Assembly: GCA_051362555.1 (NCBI GenBank)
Contig: CM120642.1
Span: forward strand, 30,132,001 to 30,196,000
Reading direction: 5' to 3'
Source of the DNA: Lingula anatina
Lineage: Eukaryota; Animalia; Brachiopoda
DNA: 64,000 nt
The notes under the pieces were generated by a model. The model did not search any database. It was not told the origin of the DNA and saw only the letters and a program-made list of their open reading frames with translations. Position 1 is the first letter of the stretch. Every line of letters begins with the position of its first letter. Shown here piece by piece: positions 56,184 through 64,000 of this stretch. The position numbers and the translations under genes were made by a program.

Positions 56184-57295
56184 TAGGGTGACGGAATTCG
56201 CAGTCGTTACACATGGCTGTGTGTTCTGTCATAGTTCTGTGTATATAAAAAAGTGTTAAGCATGGTGTAGTAAAATAAATGAAAGAGTTTTCCATTTTTT
56301 CCATTTACACTCATACTCATGGGTATTTGCAAGGTAAGACTTAATTTGAACTCCCATGTGCCATTTACGTTTTAGGAATGTCCGCTGTGCAATAGATGTA
56401 TATACGATTAAAAATTGGTGGTGTTTGTGCTGTTCGTGATATTTCAATACATTTGACAGATTTGCTGCCTTGTTTTAAATGTAACCTTGGGCGAATAAAA
56501 CCGATGTATTTGTCCCAGACTCAAAGCCGGCAAAACTCCCTCATAATCGATGGCAAGAATATATTTTTCGACGTAGATCGTTTTCTTAAAAAACACCTGG
56601 TGGATGAAAATAGGCGTAAGGTGTCCACTTAACCCTGTCCTATAAATTGCGGTGATGAATTTTTTCTTCTTTTGACGCCCCTGAAGCAACCACTGGTATA
56701 TGTATATCTTACACGTACATGTGTACTAGAGCATGTACACTTGTTATAGTGAGGAATTACGGCAACGGTCTGGAGCTTTCAAACGTTTATTCACCGACTA
56801 ACTTTTCACACAATTCCATAAGTATTCAAACTCTATTTCTGCCTACTGATCACACATTTTCTTGTTTTCTTTTCATTTCTTTGCGTGATTACAAAGTATT
56901 TTCCATTCTCATGTTGCAAGTCACCACGCAAAATTTCCTTATTAGGTAATCCCTAAGAGACTCGTTTTCAATCAAAGATATCTAAAATATAATTTGGATT
57001 ACTCATGCTTGGACCTTATCTGAAACTCAGTTATTATGTGATAAACAGTTGGTAAAAATTAAAATATGTTATGAAATTAACGAATCACATAAACTGTTAC
57101 TGACTTTGACCTTTTCTATCTTTTTCTGGCACTAAAACATGTTCTACACTTGTTGACTCTTGATGAAACTTAACTTACACTCAATGACTCCCTATCCTTT
57201 TACGTTTGCTTTACAACACACTGGTTAAAACTTCATACAGGTACGCTTCTATATTGTGTACTGTATATTAAAGTAGTATATTAAACGTATTTCAG

Positions 57296-57563
57296 TCAAA
57301 GGCCCCAGGGTGACCCTTACTGATCACTGTGGAAAGGTAGTGACCGTCAGCAACAGTATCCATCTTTTCAACGAGCCTGAAGGGGGGAGCAGTGACAACT
57401 CAACGCAGACCTGTAGAGTGACGTTCAGAGCCAACAACTCGGATGAGCGTCTGTTGATTCACTGGGTGATCCCTTTCCAAGTTGGCCTGAAGAAAAGATA
57501 TGGTCCTTCGTCCTTTGCCTTTGGCTTGAGCACGTGGATGGTTAGGCGCCTAGATGAGAATGG
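57296..57563 (+). CDS. CUB-like + LDLa membrane/GPI-anchored protein, exon encoding the N-terminal half of the CUB-like domain
   Basis: Acceptor tttcAG at 57294-57295 and donor GTAAAG at 57564 (phase 2). It reads DHCGKVVTVSNSIHLFNE...QTCRVTFRANNSDERLLIHW...FQVG, matching the CUB pattern CG...C-x-V-T-F...L-L-I. I could not identify the signal-peptide exon with confidence. Confidence 0.7.
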
Positions 57564-57836
57564 GTAAAGTTTGCCTACTGTGGTACTTAACATTTCAACC
57601 CCGTTTTTTAGAAAGAAGTTATTCAATATTTCAGTCCCAAGGCGGCGATCTGTTAAGGGGTGATCAAGTTATTTAGTTAATCATTAAGTCCTTGAATAGG
57701 CTTGATGCAACATCTGCTTATTACTTTAAAAAATATCAAGTTTAATCTAGGTTGAAGAAAAGAATCAAAGTTACGAAAGTTTTTTTTTTTTTTTTTTTGT
57801 TTCCTGATTGGGTAGGCGGCTTTACGTGCACGCACT

Positions 57837-57844
57837 AATAATAA

Positions 57845-57881
<37 letters not shown>

Positions 57882-58150
57882 GAATAAGTTGATAAACGAA
57901 AAAGACAATTATAGATATAGATGTTCGACAATATATATAAAGAAAACCTATTTCCTAAGGCAAGTAGCGATTTTTTTAGGCTGGATGTTATTGATAACTC
58001 CACTGGCAACAGTTTGACGGAGGGAAGATGGTTCGGGTTAAAGATGCTTGTGAAGGAGTACGTCTCTGTTTTTGAAAGAGAATTAAGTGTCCAAGAAGTC
58101 TACCCTGAAGATAGAGGGACTTCCTTGCCAAAGGTAATGTATTGGTTTTT
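57837..58150 (-). mobile_element. Degenerate 3' end of a CR1/L2-like LINE inside a CUB-gene intron
   Basis: The minus-strand translation SKTETY...SIF...LPVELSITSSL resembles the C-terminus of CR1-group ORF2. It is followed by a short UTR and a (TTA)n tail. Confidence 0.45.
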
Positions 58151-58304
58151 AACTTAACATCATTTTTGGAGTTGACTTCACATCACTAAGGTCTGTTTTG
58201 GGTAAAAAATAATAATAAGTAAAAAGATGTAAATTTATATTGTGAGAAGCTGCCAATTGAACAAAACAACCAGCAGGTTTACTTATGGACTGCACTTGTT
58301 TTAG

Positions 58305-58667
58305 GGCGATTTATGAAATGAACATTTTGTTTGGCCCTAGCCTTATTAATTGACAGGCCAACCACTTGATTTTCTGCTGGACATATTTTAACACACACAC
58401 ACACACACAAACAGTCGTGTGCGTCTAGAAATCACAGAGCATAGATAACCAATTTTCATCACTTACTCAATCAGTTATCGACATATTTTTAAAACGGCCA
58501 GATTGTCATCTTGAAAAGGGCAACTTTGATTTACATAATGAAACATTACTTTCAAAAGGCAGAGCAAGGGTTAAGGGATTGGACGTCTACTGGCCAGGCA
58601 CTGATCTTTGACTACGTGGGCATCAATACCATAGACCAGATTCAGGCCGTACTGACGGCTTTTAAAG
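58305..58667 (+). pseudogene. Second CUB exon, apparently interrupted by a 229-bp insertion (58346-58574)
   Basis: The 3' part reads DWTSTGQALIFDYVGINTIDQIQAVLTAFK, a CUB C-terminus, with donor GTGAAT at 58668. The 5' part after ttttAG (58303-58304) reads AIYEMNILFGPSL in the phase required by the previous exon. Removing 58346-58574 joins the two halves in frame. Confidence 0.5.
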
Positions 58668-58839
58668 GTGAATATTATTAGGTCAAATTTTACCGTTTAT
58701 CAATTACTATTTTAAGGTCAAATATGCAAGCAAAAAAAAAAAGGTTGACGTTATTTCAGTTTACCTTGAGGTTTTTTAAACTAAGAAATGAATTTAACAT
58801 TCTTTTGCATTGGATAGTAAAATGATCGTTTTCTTCCAG

Positions 58840-58974
58840 ATCCCAGTATGTGTGCGAAGAATGACACCAGCAAATTTATCTGTAATGGCACCGCTGTCTG
58901 TATCTCGAGTGATTTGGTCTGTAACGGGGAGAACAACTGCGGCGGAGAGGACAACAAGAGCGATGAATTGAAAT
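58840..58974 (+). CDS. LDL-receptor class A (LDLa) repeat exon
   Basis: Acceptor ttccAG at 58838-58839 and donor GTAAGT at 58975; symmetric phase 1-1 exon. It reads DPSMCAKNDTSKFICNGTAVCISSDLVCNGENNCGGEDNKSDELK(C), with the six-Cys LDLa spacing and the SDE motif. Confidence 0.9.
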
Positions 58975-59283
58975 GTAAGTGAGCTGATTATATTTGGTAA
59001 GTCCCGCGCATACTCTGACCTGCAAGCTGAGCTTATGAGTCTGTGCACTGACTTGAGGGGAAAAAAACGGGTGATGTTGTGGTCTCTGTTGTGGAAGATA
59101 ACATGTTTGTCTTTAAGTTATTTTAATAATTTTGGGAGAAAGCAAATGATATCTGACTTTTAAAATGATTTTTGACAAGATTTGGAGAATACAGATGAGC
59201 TGTCATTTTAAATTGAGCAAGGGTCCGTCTCTCCTGTTTATGGCAAAAGTGAATGTTCGCAGTGTAATACAGGAATGATGTTC

Positions 59284-59286
<3 letters not shown>

Positions 59287-59363
<77 letters not shown>
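59287..59363. repeat. (TA)n microsatellite
   Basis: Directly visible, in the last intron of the CUB-LDLa gene. Confidence 0.95.
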
Positions 59364-59365
<2 letters not shown>

Positions 59366-59440
59366 AAGAACTAAAAAAAAAATCTGCATATTTAAAGAAT
59401 AGTGAAAGAAAAATGCAGCGTTTATATTTTTCTGTTTCAG

Positions 59441-59571
59441 GTAAAGCCCCAGCCAGCAGCGCTGGATTTCATGTGCAATATCTCCCACTGGTGGCGTGGG
59501 CGTGTCTCTTTGCCTTGATTGTTCAGTACTACATCCAAGCTCCCACGGGTGATGATTTTGTCAATAAATAA
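59441..59571 (+). CDS. Terminal exon of the CUB-LDLa gene: hydrophobic TM/GPI-signal-like tail
   Basis: Acceptor tttcAG at 59439-59440 completes the last LDLa Cys (T+GT). It reads KAPASSAGFHVQYLPLVAWACLFALIVQYYIQAPTGDDFVNK*. Confidence 0.78.
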
Positions 59572-60949
59572 GCCACACGGATTTTCCTCCTCTCCTAATC
59601 CTGCAGATTCCTAGTTTACACGACAAGATTCAAAGAAATGACAGTGAATCTTCTCAACCCAGCGTGTGATAAGAAAACTCAGGATGGAAGTCATATGTAC
59701 CTGTCGTTAATTGTAGTCCTTGATATATTAACTTCAGACCTGGAAACTATGCACCCTTTTTATTTCACGCTCACGAGGACCTTGTGAAGACCATGATTCC
59801 ACTACACGTGACATTTCATTTTCAAAACTCTATTGGAGGTGGCAAACACGTAGGGCACTCTGAAATACCTATACCTGTATGAACTCTCTAACTAATTAAC
59901 ACTGGATTTATATAAGTCGCTTTTTAACACGGTTTCAATGTATGTACGGTATGGAGTGTTTTTTAACAGAATTGGCAGGTGGTATAAAGGCACAAAATGA
60001 AAAAAATGTTATTTTAATGTGAAAATATTATTTTTAAGAGCAATGACCATTGTTATGTTGTATATTGAAGTAGAATTTTTAATAGCTGGACCATTGTGTT
60101 GTTTTCATTCGCCAGTGTTTTTTATGTCAAATTTTGAACAGAACAAGCCTAATTGTCTCATATAACTTGTTTGTATTATTTTGGGAAGTTTATTGATATG
60201 GATATGCCATTTTTTGAAACGGCTGGATGTCAAACTGTGTACGTTTTGATATAAATTTGTTTTATATATATCGTATTTTTCTGTTTTCATTTCCAATATC
60301 TATTTAATGGTCGGAGTATTGGGGTTTGTATATTTGACGAATGTCACCTGTACAAAGTAATGGGGGGGGGGGGGGGGGGGCGGACTACGGTTGCCAAGGA
60401 TGGCAAGTGAAATATTCACTCGGCTGGGCAAACAATTCAGTTTTATTTATTTATTTATTTATTTATTGCTTGAGAAGTCAGTGGATATTGCTGATTTGTA
60501 TAATTTTGTTTATTAAATGATATAAGATATATAAATATATGGTTTGTGCTACAAATAGATTTTTATCTGATATAGATTGATTATGTGAAATATAAATAGC
60601 TCCTAGTAGCCCGAAGTATTCAACTGATATCGGTGGCTCCCCTCGCCTCGAGTTTTTAATACCTATCCTTTCTGTAGAAACACAGGGTTGTTATGAGAAG
60701 GGAAGGTTTCTTCTCACTTCATATATCTCCCAGAATAATATTCCGAATTGATGTATATTTGAGCAATTGCGGTTGTAGTCCAGTTTGATTTCACGGTGGT
60801 TTTCTTGGTTGGTTTGAATTAATAATCACAGGATCTGCTGTCGTATTTATGGGCTAGGTGTGCTTCTCGCATGTAGTATCTTGTTGCAGTGAGGCTGAAA
60901 TCAGAATTACAGTGACGTCACAGAACTTAATCACCGAGACAATTCTTTT

Positions 60950-61223
60950 TTACTCATCGTTGTACATGTTTGGCTGTTTGAGAGCGGGTAGGCGGTGTAG
61001 GCGTGGGCTCTGTAGGTTAAATGTATACCTGTATCTTACCATTTCACACGTGTTATTCGGATGTCTGCTGGCGCACGTGAGGAATTCACACTCAAAATAC
61101 AGCGACTCGAAACTGGAGAACTTTATCATTTGGAAAACTGGGGAATACGCTGTGAAGTATGTCTCAGTTGGAGGAGAAGCCTCGAAGCCTTCGTCCAGGT
61201 TAAACAATTGTCCCAAACCACAA
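60950..61223 (-). CDS. ZP-C protein, coding exon 4 (possible donor at 61039; 3' end uncertain)
   Basis: Acceptor ttttAG at 61225-61224. It reads CGLGQLFNLDEGF...AYSPVFQMIKFSSFESLYFECEFLTC...NTCEM, matching the ZP-C motif F-x-x-x-K-F...L-Y-F-E-C-x-x-x-x-C. Read-through reaches TAA at 60950 and gives 195 aa in total. Confidence 0.75.
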
Positions 61224-61406
61224 CTAAAACAGCAAAACAAAATATTAATTGGCAAACAAAGCCAACTTTTGCTGTCACTTAACACAACTTGTTTGCAAAA
61301 ATACTACATCAAGCACAAGACAATCGAAAGAAATAGCAAGGCAAGATTATATTCAACAGTCAAAGCTCTTCAGCGGGATAGACAGATTTAAAGAAGATAT
61401 CCAAAC

Positions 61407-61491
61407 CCGTCTTCGTCCGTTATAGCAACTCTCCTCATTTTTTCCCTTGATTCGTAGGCAGTGCAGTTTGTCATGCGGAGACCTTGGTGTC
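61407..61491 (-). CDS. ZP-C protein, coding exon 3
   Basis: Acceptor ttctAG at 61493-61492 and donor GTTTGG at 61406 (phase 2). It reads GHQGLRMTNCTAYESREKMRRVAITDEDG, fitting the ZP-C pattern C-x-A...I-x-D-x-x-G-C. Confidence 0.75.
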
Positions 61492-61639
61492 CTAGAACAA
61501 TAAGAAACACTGTCGAGAATTGTGAATGAAACCGATGTCGGAAGAATGTTGTTTTATATTGTGCACGGAAGGTCGCAATTGTGTGGAATGTGCGAATCAT
61601 TTTTGGTGAAATAAATTGTGTTAGATGAGGCATTATTGC

Positions 61640-61802
61640 CTTGACTTTATCTTTGATGATTTGAATTTATGGATGTATAGTGATGGAATTTAAAGGATAG
61701 GTCCAAAACCGGCTATCTTTGAATCAATTAGACTTTGGTAGAGGTTAATAGATTAATTTGCAATAAAAAATGAGCTGCCTTGGCGGAGGTCTGCGCTCTC
61801 TG
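61640..61802. mobile_element. Possible Helentron/HINE-type repeat remnant in a ZP-gene intron
   Basis: It ends in ccttggcggaggtctgcgctctctg, which I recall as a terminal motif of non-autonomous Helentron-like repeats in marine invertebrates. The left boundary is approximate. Confidence 0.35.
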
Positions 61803-61883
61803 TTTTTCATTAATTAATTAATTAATTTTTTATGGTGGTGACTGCAGTGTGAAGACCCTCCTTTCGATGAAAACAAAAAGTAC

Positions 61884-62054
61884 CTCTCGTGCGCTTTAGG
61901 GTTGCACGTAGTCGTACGAAGGAACCGGCGTTAACGCTGTCGATCCTGTTCGACGTCTTACCGCTGACTACGTCAAGCAATACGTCGGCGCCCGCTCCAA
62001 TCCTACTGGCGTAGCCATAGTAACCAGCGCTAGGACTGGACTCGGGCAAGTTGA
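61884..62054 (-). CDS. ZP-C protein, coding exon 2
   Basis: Acceptor tttcAG at 62056-62055 and donor GTACTT at 61883. It reads VNLPESSPSAGYYGYASRIGAGADVLLDVVSGKTSNRIDSVNAGSFVRLRATLKRTR. The LLDVV...G.FVRLRAT segment resembles the start of ZP-C in molluscan vitelline-envelope ZP proteins. Confidence 0.75.
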
Positions 62055-62397
62055 CTGAAACAGAAGAGACATCCAGTCTTACAGAATAGATAGTCATCTC
62101 GTATTATGTAATTTAAGGTATCGCCCAGGCTGTGGATGGCAACTGGCACTTTATTATAAAATTTATCAATCAAACCTATAAAATGTAAAATATCAAAAGC
62201 AACTTCCCAACAGAACGAACGAAAAATATTTCTTCTGTTTAGCTTTGCAATTCGTCTTATAAGATCAAGAATCTTTTCATTGCCATAGATTTGATATGGG
62301 TTGATGGGGCGTGGTGCAGACAAACGAAGATCCCAACTATTCTTTACATTATAGCCTTCTTGGTATTTTGATATATTGGAACATATATCTTACTTAC

Positions 62398-62455
62398 CGA
62401 CAGAGCCGCTTAAGAGGTGACAAAAAGTGCACAGAAGTACCAATAAGCACAACAT
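62398..62455 (-). CDS. Secreted ZP-C-domain protein, coding exon 1 (signal peptide)
   Basis: ATG at 62455 gives MLCLLVLLCTFCHLLSGSV, a hydrophobic signal-peptide-like sequence. Donor GTAAGT at 62397, phase 1. Confidence 0.75.
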
Positions 62456-62942
62456 ACTGGCCCACAGCCTAGGCAGCCTTCTCCAGTAGCCACCGGTCCT
62501 TTGGATGGTCAACTCCAGACCACGCCAGCTCGATGACCACGCGAGGAGTGACGGTGGTCAGTTGGGCGACTAGTGTGTTGACTAAGGTGGAAATCAAGGC
62601 ATGAGTTGTGGTCACACCCGCGTGCCGCGTGGCCCAACGCACACAGAGAACTATCAGCTCAGTCACTGGTCTCGTGTGACAGCCAGTGTAAAAGGAATGC
62701 AAGTTCGCTTGGAACCGTAGTCCATTTCCCATTACTTTGTACAGGTGAGATTCGTCCCATGCACTAACCCCAATACTCCAACTAATCCTAACCTGTACTT
62801 ATCATATGGGAGCCCGAAATTCCATTCCTAGGACTTCCATTCCTGTTACACCCGTTTTTTATATCCCAGAATTAAATAGACTTTTTTCATATATGTGTCA
62901 GAGTGCAAAGTTTGTTGGAATCTGTGTTTAATATTGCTGATC

Positions 62943-63117
62943 GGTCCAAACATTCAGATTCGTACATCGTACTAGCTGGGTCGGTCCAACTCTGCAGGGG
63001 ATTCCTGCTAAAGTGCAATCAGTGGAATCGACTCAATTGCCTGAATCGAGTCAATTCACAAGAATCCCATGCAGGGTTGGACTGACCCAGCTAGAATATG
63101 AGAATCTGAATGGCCCC
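62943..63117. mobile_element. Palindromic MITE related to the 40663 element
   Basis: Inverted arms cattcagattc...ctagctgggtcggtccaactctgca / tgcagggttggactgacccagctag...gaatctgaatg. It shares ggtccaactctgcaggg...tgcaatcag with 40663-40925. Confidence 0.7.
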
Positions 63118-64000
63118 TAAACCAAAGTATATATAATCATGACTCCGTTTTTGGTAATCGTCTAAAGCAGTAGGCCTACAAATTTCCCGAAATTATACAT
63201 ATCATAGATTATGTCGCCACGTTTTTCATATCAAGGCCATGTCTGTTTATAGTCTCTTATTGAGCTCTTATTCAAATGACGAATCAACTCAAACAACGAT
63301 TACTTGACTTTGTTTCCCACTGCGTAGACTACGATATAATTCTCTGGTTAAATTGAGAAAAGGAATCGCTTGAAAATAGTCGGTTTTAAAAAAAGCATGA
63401 TATTTTGTTATCTTGGCACGTCTCTCGTGGGTCGTATAACAGGCAAAATTTGATCATGAAAAAAAGTTGTTACTGTACCAGTGTCGACGCCTTTGGTACA
63501 TGTTACACACAACCTGTGAAAATTATACCCCTGTTAATATAGGTTTTGTTTTCATGTCACCGACACCAACAATATGGTACACGTTTATGTTTAATGGCCC
63601 TAAAAATACAATGTGCCGAGTTAAATGTTTTATTTCCGTGATAAATACATTTGTCAAGTTATAATATCTACATTCTTCTTACACATGAAGAAAAAAAAAA
63701 GTCCAAGTTCGTAAGTCAGGTTACTGCCAGAAAACGTTGTCGAATAGGTTTTAGTTACAGATACTTTCATTTGCAGGCCTTACAAACAGAGCAGGCAGAT
63801 GACATCTATTCCCAGCGTCCACGTTTCTCGGATCATGGGCCTGCGTTAGTCAAATGTGCCAATACTGGTTTATTCGACTATGACGTTAAAAGTTTGATTT
63901 TTTTTTTTACTTCAAACCTTTTACTTCGTGCATTTCATTCACTTGACTTTCTCCCGTCATTCCCCGGGACAAAACGGCAATCGCTGAGCTCGGAGATCAC

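Noticed and set aside
60858-61391. 177-aa plus-strand ORF
   Set aside because: It is antisense to the ZP-C exon and has no motif.
62469-62732. 87-aa minus-strand ORF upstream of the ZP-C signal peptide
   Set aside because: It stops before the signal-peptide ATG, has no recognisable domain and overlaps the inverted-repeat arm. At most it is a uORF.

Overview
This is animal genomic DNA, not a prokaryotic window: AT-rich, with spliceosomal introns, many microsatellites and MITEs. The protein families point to a lophotrochozoan, probably a mollusc (inference). I assembled four spliced genes by hand using GT-AG sites and intron phase. (1) The first two coding exons of a cytoplasmic intermediate filament / neurofilament-like gene on the minus strand, running off the left edge. 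(2) A complete 5-exon, 1059-aa NLR on the plus strand (48971-53402) with an N-terminal DZIP3-like HEPN domain carrying an intact R-x4-H RNase motif, followed by NACHT, LRRs and a Cys-rich tail. (3) A CUB-like + LDLa + hydrophobic-tail gene on the plus strand (57296-59571) whose second CUB exon appears split by a 229-bp TTAA-bounded insertion. (4) A small secreted protein on the minus strand (60950-62455) made of a signal peptide and an apparently standalone ZP-C domain, bracketed by a short inverted repeat. The 10-46 kb region has no confidently recognisable gene. It holds MITEs, LINE relics, microsatellites and a dense AGGTCA array. A 1.9-kb element with ~280-bp terminal inverted repeats sits just upstream of the NLR. 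The best candidate for an under-described system is the HEPN-RNase-armed NLR. All domain calls come from motif recognition by eye; no database searches were run.
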